Assembly (NCBI RefSeq): GCF_001194135.2
Contig: NC_068993.1
Span: 12,990,136-13,054,135, forward strand
Origin: Octopus bimaculoides
Lineage: Eukaryota
DNA: 64,000 bases
Direction: 5' to 3'
Position numbers and translations under genes: made by a program. This document shows, piece by piece, positions 12,720-26,049 of this stretch. The notes under the pieces were generated by a model. The model was not told the origin of the DNA, did not search any database, and was given only the letters and a program-made list of their open reading frames with translations. Position 1 is the first letter of the stretch; each line of letters begins with the position of its first letter.

Positions 12720-13224
12720 ATAAATATGTATACATGTATATAGAGATAGATAAATAGATACACCACTAACTGTCGTAACAGTAAACCAACGCCGCAAAAT
12801 ACGTATCTAATAATAATAAGAGAACATACAAAACCATTACTAAACATCACCGCCAATACAAACACAACAACAGTAAAACCAACGAAAAAAAAGCCTACTC
12901 AGACACCATCGATACCACTCAGAATCCTCACCAGCACCACCACCAACCCGTCGACCTGTTACCCACACCCATTTATTTATTTATATATTCACATTTTTTT
13001 TTTGTTTTTGATTTTGTTGTTGTTGTTGCTGGCAATTTTTCTTGTTATAGATTTATTGATAAGGACTGGACGTAGGAGTTAATGAGGCTTGAGTTGAAGA
13101 GTCGAAAAGATAGAGATCAGTAATCCCAAGAACCGAAAGCCTATTATAAAAGTTCACGTAGACCTTTGGTGCAAAATATTCAACTAAATATTCAGTTCGA
13201 CCCTTTTGAATAATACTAATGATG

Positions 13225-13264
<40 letters not shown>

Positions 13265-13462
13265 TAATAATAATAATCATAGCACTACTATTCCTTCAGG
13301 AAACGAAACATCGCAGCTATATTCACTGTTCGTCTGTGTGTGTCTATGTATCTGTATATATTTAAGCCTTTATTTATTTAATAGGTCTATATATTTGTTT
13401 ACGTATTGATCTTTCCGTTTATCAATTGGTTTATCTATTAATGTTGCATTAGATGCACATGA

Positions 13463-13514
<52 letters not shown>

Positions 13515-13866
13515 NNNNNNNNNNNNNNNNNNNNNNNNNNNNNNNNNNNNNNNNNNNNNNNNNNNNNNNNNNNNNNNNNNNNNNNNNNNNNNNNNNNNNN
13601 NNNNNNNNNNNNNNNNNNNNNNNNNNNNNNNNNNNNNNNNNNNNNNNNNNNNNNNNNNNNNNNNNNNNNNNNNNNNNNNNNNNNNNNNNNNNNNNNNNNN
13701 NNNNNNNNNNNNNNNNNNNNNNNNNNNNNNNNNNNNNNNNNNNNNNNNNNNNNNNNNNNNNNNNNNNNNNNNNNNNNNNNNNNNNNNNNNNNNNNNNNNN
13801 NNNNNNNNNNNNNNNNNNNNNNNNNNNNNNNNNNNNNNNNNNNNNNNNNNNNNNNNNNNNNNNNNN

Positions 13867-13916
<50 letters not shown>

Positions 13917-16541
13917 AGGTAATAGAAACTAATATTAAAATCTACTTTTTCATCCTGTGAAAACTGTGCCGGTTCTTTGAATGTATAGATATATACACAC
14001 ATATATACAATTCTCCATGTACTTAATATACATTTCTGGTTTCACTCAAGATTTTACCAGGCCAACCTTAATTGGTCACCTCTTTAAAGTGTATGAGTTG
14101 ATGGGGGCAGATCACGATCAGTATACACATATGCAGTCGTGTTAACTCACCGCTAATTCGTTTCAGGGACGCCATATGGCATACATTTTTTCTTAAAGAG
14201 TGTTTATGATATATATATATATATTATACATATTATCTTTTAATCTTGAGGTTGTAAGTATTCGTGAACACTTACTTTTCTTGAAGGATGGGATTGTAGG
14301 AGGGCGAAGATGTAAAGAAAGGTAACGAGTTGTTAAAATAACATAAATAACTGTAAGAATTTATGTACCGAAAATGCAATAAATTGCTTTTCTTAATCTC
14401 ACCCATATTTTGTGATATGTTTTACCATTGTTGTCGTGCGTTTGTTCCCGCTCTTCCGTTTTTCTTTTTTTTCCCCACTTTTCAATCTTTCTTTGCGAAA
14501 GAAGAGAAACATATCTGAAAAGGCAGAGACACGAATTTAGACAACAAAGACGAATAATGTTATAGTAAATACAATGCAAGTTAACTTCTTGATTTATTAA
14601 ATATTTGTTCTTAATTTGAATTTGAGAAACGGTAAGCGAACGCCTGGTAGCAATTGCGACCAACTCTGAATCAGAAAGGTAGATAATATCAAGAATCAAC
14701 AATACTATGGAAGTGGCATTTCATTAAAAAAAAAGACGCTTGTCTTCTGGAGACTTAAGATCGGCAATAGACGCGTGTTTCTGTCTCAACAGGCGTCATC
14801 TGCACAGTAGTTTTCCCACTTCGAGTCTAGACAGGATAATTCTTAAATAAAGGGCAGAAATTATTTACAGCTTAGGGTAATTTATATAATCCCCAAAAAT
14901 ATATACATAGTTTACAATATCTTTATTACTGGCGCTCAAAATCTTTGGGGTGCCACTTTAGACACTCTGGTAGTCAGCAATTACCACTGATACTTTATTT
15001 CACGCAGAATGCCCATGGTGTTAATATCTGTTCAGTACTTAATGCTTCTTGACCTTTGATCGAGATTTGAACTCGAGCAAGATTGGAACAAACTTGTTAG
15101 TCCACGCATAACAGACTGATTGGGTGTACTTTTAACGGCTTACATGTAGGTTTAGCAGTAATGTAGATGCTTTTTTTTTCTCCCCTGTTGGAACGTGTAA
15201 ACAGGAAATTCGCTAAATCTCTGTTGCAATTTTAATAGCAAAGAAGTATTTATGTTGACATATATGTAGTCAGAAAAAAAACTAAGGAATAAAACACACA
15301 CACACACACACACACACNNNNNNNNNNTGGATGCGGACACACACACACAGAAATGCAAATCGAAATGTCAAATTTAAACACATGTAAACCTTGTTGAGTT
15401 TGAAATGCTTGGGGTATTTATGAAACTTTAGATACTGACCAGAAATTGTAAACACTTAATTGATAAAACCAGTACTCCGCCTAACAGAATGGTATTTGAA
15501 GCTAGAAAGGGTTAGATTCTGTCTACCTCGACAGCGTTCAAATTATTCAATTTAGGAGACAAAAAATATATAATAAAAACATCTTTCAAATCGTGTTTGG
15601 TTAAACCGGATCAAATTTTAAAGATTTGTTTTTTAGATATCTATGAAATAGGCTTGGCTTGGCGTGAATTTTAAAGATAGGAGATGTTTTAGTTTAAACA
15701 GAGAACAGTCTTTCATGTGATCATGTTGTTCTTTAATCATTTGAAAAATGTAGAAGTTAAATGCAGTATTGAATTATCAGCTAAGAACACATTAGTTCAA
15801 TCTGTATTTCGATGTATGAGTGCTCGGCAGTACACTTAATTCTTGATTACTTCCGATTCTCCCTTAGTAATCAGGAATAGACACCAGATATTCTAAGAAT
15901 GTTATCGACAATATACTGCTGACCTATTCAAGAGATTTATGTCTCTTCCGCTTCACGTGTTAAATCCCGAACTAAGCTCCGCCTCTCATGAGTCCCTTGA
16001 GTCTACTAGATGCAATTACGTATATATTACACTGCAAACCAGTGAGATATAAATGCACATCTGACTAGCATAACTATTCAGAAATATATCTAAACAGGAA
16101 ATACAATTCTTTCTTCATTAGATACTCTATTTGTTTGTGTGTGTGTGTGTAATTTCCTATTCTTTGAATGATTTATGTTACACTAAGGAAAACTAGCTAA
16201 CGAGTAGATAATCTAACGAGTAGATAATTTCCATGACCTGCTTAAAGAAGTGAGCCAAAGTTCCTGTTCACGCACTACGGCCCTTAAAAGATCTGGTGGG
16301 GAAAATCCCTTTGGATAATATACACTTATATACACTACTGGGACAATAAATCACGAAATGGTCACGACTGGAATACCTTTCACCATTAGTTCTCCTGGGC
16401 CAGGGATGACTTGGCGCTAAACAACAATGTTAAAGCAAATGTTCGATATTGGACTAGAAACATAAACGCACGTATCATGCCAACACCATCCTGCCACACA
16501 TAGTAGCAAATTGTACACATTATAACACTGTAACGTATTAT

Positions 16542-16648
16542 GTAACCTGATGACGTTTCTTCTGTACTGTGGGTTGCATTCGATTCCATTACATCGTTCT
16601 CCACCCACTGGCGAACAGTGCAGAAGTAAGCCGAAACGATCGTCGTAC
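16542..16648 (+). ncRNA. Type I hammerhead ribozyme motif (Penelope-like element 3' end type)
   Basis: CTGATGA (16547-16553); 12-bp stem II CTTCTGTACTGT/ACAGTGCAGAAG; GAAA (16633-16636); palindromic stem III A-CGATCG-T; GTC cleavage triplet ending at 16644; short stem I GTAAC/GTAC. Followed by AATAAA and (TA)n. Confidence 0.7.
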
Positions 16649-16684
16649 TAAATAAAGTTTTGCAGTACACTCTGCCTTTCCTAT

Positions 16685-16744
<60 letters not shown>

Positions 16745-17344
16745 TGTTAAATTTTTGTTTGATTAATGGCTACTTTTGTCCTTTCATAATTTGTCTTAAA
16801 TAAATGGCCGATTAAAGTATCTGTTTTGTGTACTCATAAGCCGACGAGAGTGTACCAACTGTTGGGATTCGTACAGTGTTTCGTGGTTTAGAAATGTACC
16901 TTGCAATCACGTGTTTAGTTTGTATCTCAATGCGCTGCATCTGAGGCATGTATCATCTACTCTAACCTGGTGTTGACCGATAATTTCTGAAAGAATTTGG
17001 TAAAAGGAGTAAAAACTGTGTAGAAGCTCGTCGTATAAGTTTATCAATCAGTCTCTCTCTGTTTATGTTTCTTTCATTGTCTTTATGCTTGGTGAGGTAA
17101 ACCAATTCTGGATCTGTGTCCATTTACGAAGAAAACAATTTAACTTATTTTAATGATCGCACTTTATCGGATAACTAAGCACAGGACAAGAGTAAATAGC
17201 TGAGGTCAATACAATCGACTAAAACCTCTTTAAGTTAAACTTATATCTTAGATAGAAACGATACAACAGACTCGGCATAATTATAACAAATTTAGTATCG
17301 GTATCACCATCAAGTGAACTGAAACTGTCAAGGGCTGTATATTA

Positions 17345-17433
17345 TTTACTATCTAGGCACAAGGCCCGAAATTTTGGGGGAGGGGGCTAGTCGATTAGAT
17401 CGACCATAGTACACAACTGGTACTTAATTTATC
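17345..17433 (-). mobile_element. SINE family A, 3' fragment in tandem with the next copy
   Basis: 'ctaggcacaaggcccgaaattttgggggagggggctagtcgattagatcgacc...ggtacttaatttatc'. Confidence 0.85.
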
Positions 17434-17640
17434 TTCTCTAATCTAGGCACAATGCCCAAAATTTGGGGAAAGGGGGCCAGTCGATTAGATCGACTCCAGT
17501 ACGCAACTTTTTACTTAATTTATCGACCCCCGAAAGGCGAAGTCGATCTCGGCAGAATTTGAACTCAGAACGTAAAGGCAGACGAAATATCGCTAAACAT
17601 TTCGTCCTACGTGGTAACGTTTCTACCAGCTCGCTACCTT
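17434..17640 (-). mobile_element. tRNA-derived SINE family A, full length
   Basis: On the minus strand the head is aaggtagcgagctggtagaaacgtt with B box GAGTTCAAATTC and a tail ending ttgtgcctagattagagaa. Homologous to many copies in the window. Confidence 0.9.
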
Positions 17641-19362
17641 GCAATTTTAGTATATTCTGAACTTAGAATTTGTACTTTATTCAAATTCATTACAGACCTG
17701 TTAATAACACGAAACAGAATTATTCATAAAATGCAGGTGTATATTTTGATAGTAAGTGTAGGAGAAAAAATATATATCATTCCCTCAAGCCTTAGTAGTT
17801 AATTAAATCTATATGGCAAGAAAATATGAGTTTAAACTTTCTTTAAAATAACTTTTCAGCTTATAACCAACTCCTTCAGAAAAGATGTTTATCTATAAAA
17901 GAGAAAGCGCTGAAAAATACTAACTGCCTGGTAACAGCTGAACGCCAAACGTTTCGGTTCTAATTTTCTAATTTTTCCTTGTTTATCGATTTAAGTTTTT
18001 TTTTCTCCTGCCTGTGTGCGTGCATACGTGTGGTGTAGGATGTGTGTGTGTGTGTGTGTGTGTGTGCTGTTTGTTGTTGTTATTTATTTGTTTATTTAAT
18101 TTATTTCTCTAAACTCAATAAACGGTGTTCAGGAGCAAATGTAGAATAGAAGCAAGGACGACAGATTTATGACCGAACAACATTAAGCCAAGGTATAAAT
18201 ATTTAAAACTAAGAGTCAAAATGAATTAGGAAACAAATAATAATAATAATGATAAACTCTGCGAAATAAACTAAAAAGTAAATAAAATAAATTAAAGCTA
18301 GTAAGGTGTTTAACAGGAGGGTGGGGAAGACTTGCGTGGTGGGTGGGAGAACTCGGTGATGGATGAAGAAAACAAGAGAAAAAGACAAGCGAGATGATAA
18401 TTAAAACACAACCACAGGAAAAATGAAGGGAATAAAAGATGGCCAGTTATTGAATCGAGAAAACGTTTAAATCTTTGAACAAAAACCATAAAATGTTAAT
18501 AAAACTTGTGGAAGAAGGTAAAATTAGAAAGAAGAGATAAAAAGAAAAAAAAAGAAGCATTTGAGCTAAGACATTATAAATGAGGAACGAAAGGTGATAG
18601 ATACTGATCAATAATAAGGAAAAGATATGTACACGCATATATATATATGTATATATATATATATAAGAGAAAGAGACTCGCAGAGTTACACACTCGCATA
18701 TATATATNNNNNNNNNNNNNNNNNNNNNNNNNNNNNNNNNNNNNNNNNNNNNNNNNNNNNNNNNNNNNNNNNNNNNNNNNNNNNNNNNNNNNNNNNNNNN
18801 NNNNNNNNNNNNNNNNNNNNNNNNNNNNNNNNNNNNNNNNNNNNNNNNNNNNNNNNATATATGTGAGAGACTCAAAGGCTTACACACTTTTGTATATCTA
18901 TGTATTACAGAAGTGTATAGTTGTGTGTATGTATATTTGGATTTACATGGGAGAGAAAGTGTTCCCAATACATATATCAGGTGTTAGTTAATACTTTATT
19001 GAAAGCTGAAACTTCTCTTTGACGCTACTCCTTAGTTGCTCTGAAGAGCAGCAACGTGAAACTCAGGGTTGCGGTGTAACAAAGTGTCAGTATGGCCTCA
19101 TATGTACATGCGTTGCTATAAGTTTTTGTTTAAAAGAGAAACGAATAAAGCATTATGATTTGAGGCAAAGAAATCTGTTCACAGATAGTGTTTGCATTCA
19201 TGTATTTGAAAAATAACTCTTACAAAAGGAGTCAATTTACACACACACACACACACACGCAGATATGTGCATATATCGAAAGGATCAAACGTCCTTTCTG
19301 AGCCGTAGACACATACGGCCGGGTTCTTGCATTCTATAACTTGTTTCTCTTCGTCGATTAAT

Positions 19363-19491
19363 AATTTTTGCCAGCTGAGTGGACTGGAGCAACGTGAAAT
19401 GCAGTGTTTTGTTCAAGAACACAACGCGTTGCTTGGTCCAGGAATCGAAACCACAATCTTACAATCATGAGCCCAATACCCTAACCACTAA
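19363..19491 (-). mobile_element. tRNA-derived SINE family C, 5' part
   Basis: Minus strand ttagtggttagggtattgggctcatgattgtaagattgtggtttcgattcctgg has A/B-box-like motifs, followed by the body gcgttgtgttcttgaacaaaacac...gctccagtccactcagctggc. Confidence 0.75.
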
Positions 19492-20147
19492 AACAAAATA
19501 GGTGTTCGCGCGCGCACACACGCACATACATGCATATCTGTGTAAACACATATATACGATAAATTTTATAGATAGGTTTTTGTACATAAGTATAATGTCA
19601 AAGTAATATTTATTATCAATAATGCATGTTTATTTCGATAATCTAGTATAGGCGAAACATCGTAGAAAACTGACACAATTTGGTTATAAATATATAACTA
19701 GATACTTATGTACATGCTGTATTTCGCTGGATATATGTATCTCGTGATGGTATTACACAATAAAACTGAATATATTTGCTGTAGTTATGAAGTGGTCTGG
19801 TAAGATGCAGGTAATACAATCTGGAGCGAAACACTGGTCGATTACCCTTGTCTCGCTGAATGTCATAAACTGATATACGATAGTCTGGCCAACCTTTAAG
19901 ATTGCATGTTTATGACTGTTGTTACGATGAGACTCATATGTTTCACAAGGATCGAACGTAGGTCTATGGTTCCTTTTTTCTTCTTTTAGGCTGTGTTTGT
20001 TTTTTAATTAGTGAATCATTAGTATGTGCGCGTTGGTAGAGGTGTTAAATGTGTTCCCTCCTATCTCTGTCCGTATGATTCTGCAGAATAATATCTAAGG
20101 CTTTTAACCAAGTAATTCAAGAACTAATAATGATATGAATATACAGA

Positions 20148-20194
<47 letters not shown>

Positions 20195-20940
20195 NNNNNN
20201 NNNNNNNNNNNNNNNNNNNNNNNNNNNNNNNNNNNNNNNNNNNNNNNNNNNNNNNNNNNNNNNNNNNNNNNNNNNNNNNNNNNNNNNNNNNNNNNNNNNN
20301 NNNNNNNNNNNNNNNNNNNNNNNNNNNNNNNNNNNNNNNNNNNNNNNNNNNNNNNNNNNNNNNNNNNNNNNNNNNNNNNNNNNNNNNNNNNNNNNNNNNN
20401 NNNNNNNNNNNNNNNNNNNNNNNNNNNNNNNNNNNNNNNNNNNNNNNNNNNNNNNNNNNNNNNNNNNNNNNNNNNNNNNNNNNNNNNNNNNNNNNNNNNN
20501 NNNNNNNNNNNNNNNNNNNNNNNNNNNNNNNNNNNNNNNNNNNNNNNNNNNNNNNNNNNNNNNNNNNNNNNNNNNNNNNNNNNNNNNNNNNNNNNNNNNN
20601 NNNNNNNNNNNNNNNNNNNNNNNNNNNNNNNNNNNNNNNNNNNNNNNNNNNNNNNNNNNNNNNNNNNNNNNNAAGCGCCACGGCTCATTAAATGTACATT
20701 TAGAGCGCGTGCGTGTATGTGGGTGCATGTGTGAGTGTGTTGACCGATGGTGGGTAGAGAACGAGAGAAAGTGGGGGGAAAAGAGAAAGATGGAGAAAAG
20801 AATTAGAAAAAGAGGGAGAGAGGGGAAGCGAAAGTCTATAATGAATAGATAAAAATATAAAATATTTCTTTCCTAATATATATGGTCATTATAATATCAT
20901 TATAGCGATGTGATAAAGCAATGACAAAGAGGACAAGAAC

Positions 20941-21009
20941 ACCACCAACATTAGTGGCAACATCACTAACATTAGTGGCAATAACACCAACATTAGTGGC
21001 AACAACACC
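20941..21009. repeat. 21-bp tandem repeat x3
   Basis: caccaacattagtggcaacaa-like unit seen three times. Confidence 0.85.
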
Positions 21010-21160
21010 ATCTATAGTAATACAATCAACACATCAACAAGGCAACGGTAATGAAAATGATTAACAAAAACGCTATTGAAGTCTTTCAGATAATTTATTC
21101 TAATTTAAGCAAGCAAGGACAGCAATCTTAAGTGGAGACCTTCAAGCAAAAACACCAACC

Positions 21161-21520
21161 CTAGTACTTTAACGTATTGGTTTTAAGTGGTTGAATGGTA
21201 ATGGTGGGTTTGACGGGATTCGAAATTAAAACGCAAAACACCAGAACACCTATCACAAAGAATTTTATCTGACACTCTAACGTTTCTATCAGTCTGTCGC
21301 TTTTAATAACTGTTGGGTACAGCAATCTTGTGTAGAGGCATTTAAGCAACAAAATCACTCCGAGTACTTCGCTAGCATTTCAACGTATAGACCCCGAATG
21401 GTTAAAAGGTAATTTTGTGCTTGGTGGGATTTGAAATCGGAACGTAAAATACCAGAACACGTAACACAAATAATTTTATCTAATGTTCTAACGATTCTGT
21501 TAGTCCGTCCCTCTTAATAA
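21161..21520 (-). mobile_element. Two old, diverged tandem SINE family A-like copies
   Basis: The blocks 21161-21310 and 21361-21520 share 'agtactt...gggatt(c/t)gaaat...accagaacac...aattttatct...ctaacg.ttct...taataac'. Confidence 0.55.
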
Positions 21521-22653
21521 CCTTTTTCTAATCTAGGACGCGTAGCTGTAGATATTCTTGTCTACTGTATTATATTTTATGGAAGCTGAAATGATTTCAC
21601 AAACTATAACTCAGAGTTTCACATAAATTATCATCTGACAGTTGTGAGATAAACTATTGCATTGCTTTAAATTTTTACGTTTGTCTGACGTCTTGTCACG
21701 TGATACTCTGAGTAACAGTTTGTGAAGCCTTATCAGCTTCAATGACATATTTTACTGTACCTCTTTTATTCGAGTACTAATTTCTCCCTGTTTTGCATCT
21801 ATGTCTTCATATCTGCCTCATTGAGTGAAACAGCAGTAAGAGATTTTCCTTACCTATCACGGCTGTTCTATGCTTTTTTTAAATATTTTTGTACTCTTTA
21901 TTATGAAATTAATATTCTCGAGCAACGCCAAATGCTTTTTGTTCATCTTCCATTTTTAATCTATCTATCTATCTATCTATCTATATATANNNNNNNNNNN
22001 NNNNNNNNNNNNNNNNNNNNNNNNNNNNNNNNNNNNNNNNNNNNNNNNNNNNNNNNNNNNNNNNNNNNNNNNNNNNNNNNNNNNNNNNNNNNNNNNNNNN
22101 NNNNNNNNNNNNNNNNNNNNNNNNNNNNNNNNNNNNNNNNNNNNNNNNNNNNNNNNNNNNNNNNNNNNNNNNNNNNNNNNNNNNNNNNNNNNNNNNNNNN
22201 NNNNNNNNNNNNNNNNNNNNNNNNNNNNNNNNNNNNNNNNNNNNNNNNNNNNNNNNNNNNNNNNNNNNNNNNNNNNNNNNNNNNNNNNNNNNNNNNNNNN
22301 NNNNNNNNNNNNNNNNNNNNNNNNNNNNNNNNNNNNNNNNNNNNNNNNNNNNNNNNNNNNNNNNNNNNNNNNNNNNNNNNNNNNNNNNNNNNNNNNNNNN
22401 NNNNNNNNNNNNNNNNNNNNNNNNNNNNNNNNNNNNNNNNNNNNNNNNNNNNNNNNNNNNNNNNNNNNNNNNNNNNNNNNNNNNNNNNNNNNNNNNNNNN
22501 NNNNNNNNNNNNNNNNNNNNNNNNNNNNNNNNNNNNNNNNNNNNNNNNNNNNNNNNNNNNNNNNNNNNNNNNNNNNNNNNNNNNNNNNNNNNNNNNNNNN
22601 NNNNNNNNNNNNNNNNNNNNNNNNNNNNNNNNNNNNNNNNNNNNTATATACAC

Positions 22654-22691
<38 letters not shown>

Positions 22692-22709
22692 GTATATACA
22701 TATATACAC

Positions 22710-22745
<36 letters not shown>

Positions 22746-22808
22746 GCACACACATACATACCTATGTACTGCTATACAAATACATATATGTACTCACCCT
22801 CACTTATA

Positions 22809-22862
<54 letters not shown>

Positions 22863-23359
22863 GGTTGATAGATACGTATGATTCTCTGTGGGTGTGTGTG
22901 GAGTAGGTATTTGTTTACGAATAATAAATAGCCCATTAGGCACACACGAACATACAGACGCGTGTTTGTGTGTGTGTATGTGTGTTTGAAAGAGAGAGAG
23001 GGGAGAGAGAGAATAAGAATGAAAGAGAGCGAAGGGGGAGATTCCTTCGACAGAATGTAATGTATGCATATACATTTTGGTGATAGTGTATTTCGTTCCG
23101 AGTGTGTTTATGAATGCAAGTTATAAACATATGCAGCGTGTGTACGCGTGTGTACATTTGCATTGTTATGTATGTGTGTGTGTACGAATGCGTTTGTACG
23201 TATGTGTGTGTGACCGCCATCTACGTGTTTCAGCTGATTAATTATACGAGCAATATGTGTCATTAAATCCAGAGTTAATGAGTCGAATCTAATGTACTAC
23301 TGATAAGTGGCGTACACACTTCCAGTCACTGAGTAAGACATAGAGCAGAAAAGAAAGAG

Positions 23360-23423
<64 letters not shown>

Positions 23424-23791
23424 GTAACGATAAGGGTAAGGAAAGAAAGAGGTGGCGAGATAGGATGCGGGGATGTGATTGTATAACGGAAGAGGTAGGG
23501 CGAAGTCGATGAAGTAAGGTCAGGGTTCATGTCAGCTGATGTTTCTGGATAGGAAACAGAGATAGATGTTGGGGTTGGAGGAATAACTTACATATTCCAG
23601 AGACACGGTATCATCTTGTGTGTGTGTTAAGTGTGGATGTATGAAAGGAAAAACAGAAGTGCTCAATGCTAAAGTAGAGTTTGGAATGTAAAAAATTAAT
23701 CAATCTTTAATAGAAAATATATTGTAACTCCGATTTTCATATCAAAGTCATCACTTATTTATTAAACAACAGCAATTGAATATACGGATTA

Positions 23792-24010
23792 CAGTAATCC
23801 CTCGACTATCGCGGGTGCTACTATCCAAAACGCCCCGTGATAGGCGAAAATCCGCGAAGTACAAACAGTACTGTATATTTTTTTTAATTATTTTTATAAT
23901 TTATATATATTTATTTTTTTTATAAATGCAAAACAACACCATGGAGGAATCGACGTAAGCTTGAATAATAAACCGCAATAGGTGAACCGCGATATGGCGA
24001 GGGATAACTA
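23792..24010. mobile_element. Tigger/pogo-like MITE
   Basis: TIRs cagtaatccctcgactatcgcgg and ccgcgatatggcgagggataacta. TA on the left and CA (mutated TA) on the right, subterminal direct repeats ataggYgaa..ccgcga, AT-rich centre. Confidence 0.8.
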
Positions 24011-24241
24011 CAGAGAGAGACAAACAGACAGAGACAGAAAGTGATTGATTCCGTAATCTAAACTCGAAAGATATTTCTCAACCTTGTACCATGTGTTCAC
24101 CTTGTTTGCTTTGTCGCAAACTCTTTGTGTCCTATTCCAGTCTTTATTTCAATACCTAGGGCAGGTGCCACTGGTTTCATTGCATATAATGCTATCTAAC
24201 TTCTTTCTAGCTCCCTTGTATACCCAAGGTACACATATATA

Positions 24242-24347
24242 TATTGCCATGCAAGTCAAAGGATCATATATAAATATATTGTCATGCAAGTCAAAGGATC
24301 ATATGTGTGTGTGTGTGTGTGGGTGTGTATATATGTGTATATATATA

Positions 24348-24382
<35 letters not shown>

Positions 24383-24430
24383 GTGTATGTGTGTGTGTGT
24401 GTGTATTGCCATGCAAATCATAGGATCATT
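24242..24430. repeat. Local triplication of a ~27-bp unit around a TG/TA microsatellite
   Basis: tattgccatgcaagtcaaaggatcat at ~24242, ~24277 and ~24404. Confidence 0.8.
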
Positions 24431-24735
24431 ATATTTGATTTTGTTTTTATACTGTATAGCGTGAATGAGATTTGTCTAGTATTTCTAGCATGCTGGCTTG
24501 CCATATAGAAGTTACGGCGAGGTCAAAGCATACTCGGCTAGGTTTCAAACTCAATACTTCGAAAATATAAACAAATCGTTCAGTCGAGAATATTGTGTCG
24601 TAGATACTAACAAATACTTAGAATATATCCTATTATATAACAGTCTTGTAAGTAATCATATCATATTTCTAACCATTTTGTATGTATATATGTATAATAT
24701 TGGTATTTATGTCTTTTTTTTTCTTTCTTTTGCAG

Positions 24736-24786
24736 GTAAGTACGCAGAAGCATTTTTGTCATCTTTATTGCCAAAATTAAAATCAG
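24736..24786 (+). other. Candidate recursive splice site (CAG|GTAAGT) with a 51-nt cryptic exon or microexon
   Basis: Branch-like TTCTAAC near 24667 and a ~20-nt pyrimidine tract, then GCAG|GTAAGT at 24735/24736. A second donor CAG|GTAGGC lies at 24786/24787. Only phase 1 is open: (G)KYAEAFLSSLLPKLKS(G). Confidence 0.5.
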
Positions 24787-25082
24787 GTAGGCTGATTTCT
24801 GACGTTTAAAATAACAGGAACAAAATAGCTGCGTTATTATTGTATATGTGTATGTGTGTCTATGTGTGTAGAAAGCAATTTTAAAAAAACAGCTTTGGCC
24901 CGTTTGATTCGATAGGTCTGTATCACTGCCCTTTTGTGTTTGTAATGCTTCCGTAACCCTTAAGAACCTTATGAACTTTCGCATGCGAATTAACCCGAAG
25001 TCATTTTTAGAGTTTAAGGGAGATGATCCCGACAAAACTCTTATTTAAAGGATCTCATTTAAAGATCAGAACGAAATTGTAA

Positions 25083-25084
<2 letters not shown>

Positions 25085-25169
<85 letters not shown>

Positions 25170-25170
25170 C
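25085..25170. repeat. (CA)n microsatellite
   Basis: CA run seen directly. Confidence 0.95.
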
Positions 25171-25371
25171 ACAATCTTTGTATCAGATAATTCAAGAAGA
25201 ATTGTAGAAAAAAGTAACTGTGTCACATTTTAAAGTTTTACATTTATACATTTATTATTGCTATTTATTATATTATAAATATTTATACTTTATACCTGTT
25301 CTCTATAGCTGTTACGCTAACACTATAAATTTCAATATTACATACATTATAACATAATATTGTATAATTAA

Positions 25372-25590
25372 TAGCCGGCGAAATGGCCGAAAGCGTCATA
25401 ACTCGCTGCGATCTCATTTAAATTCCAACCGTGGATATCTTTGCCTTTCATCATTTGCTCTAATGATGACAACGTACCAGTCATGGGTGGTTGATTTTAA
25501 AAACAAGATGCCTTTCTATATTTGATTCGGCTCTTTGTGTTCTGATTTCAAATCCCGCCAAAGCCGACATGTGCGCTTGATCCGTCTCTA
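25372..25590 (+). mobile_element. Two degenerate SINE family A-like fragments
   Basis: 'ttaaattccaaccgtggatatctttgcctttcatc' and 'gttctgatttcaaatcccgccaaagccgac' resemble the B-box region of family A. Confidence 0.45.
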
Positions 25591-26049
25591 GGTTTAACAT
25601 CACAACCTTGCAGGTTCCATGCCTTTAACGGAGTCCTTGACACAAACATTTGGCCAAGTTTCCACATTGAGTATCACTGACCAATCTCACCGGCCTTGTA
25701 AAGGGTAATTGTGCATTGACTTACCTTTTGATTAGAATATTGAAATACTGATTAGAATAATTAAAATATTTCATTATTGTTACTATGTAATCATATTATT
25801 CTTATATACTACGGTATTGCAAAAAATTGTAACTATATAATATAAATATGTGTGCGCGTTACTTCACTATATTTTTACGATATATTATATTTATATATTG
25901 ATAAATTATATCCATATATCTCTATACACCGCAATACATTATTTATTACATGTAAATATAAATCACATTATTAATATATTTTACGATATTGCATTCAAGT
26001 TTTTGACTTATTCTTCTCTTGATATTTGAAGGAGCAAAATTTCCAAAAT

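Noticed and set aside
19795-19850. GAAAC-ACTG-GTC resembling a hammerhead 3' half
   Set aside because: No CTGANGA box or convincing stem II upstream.
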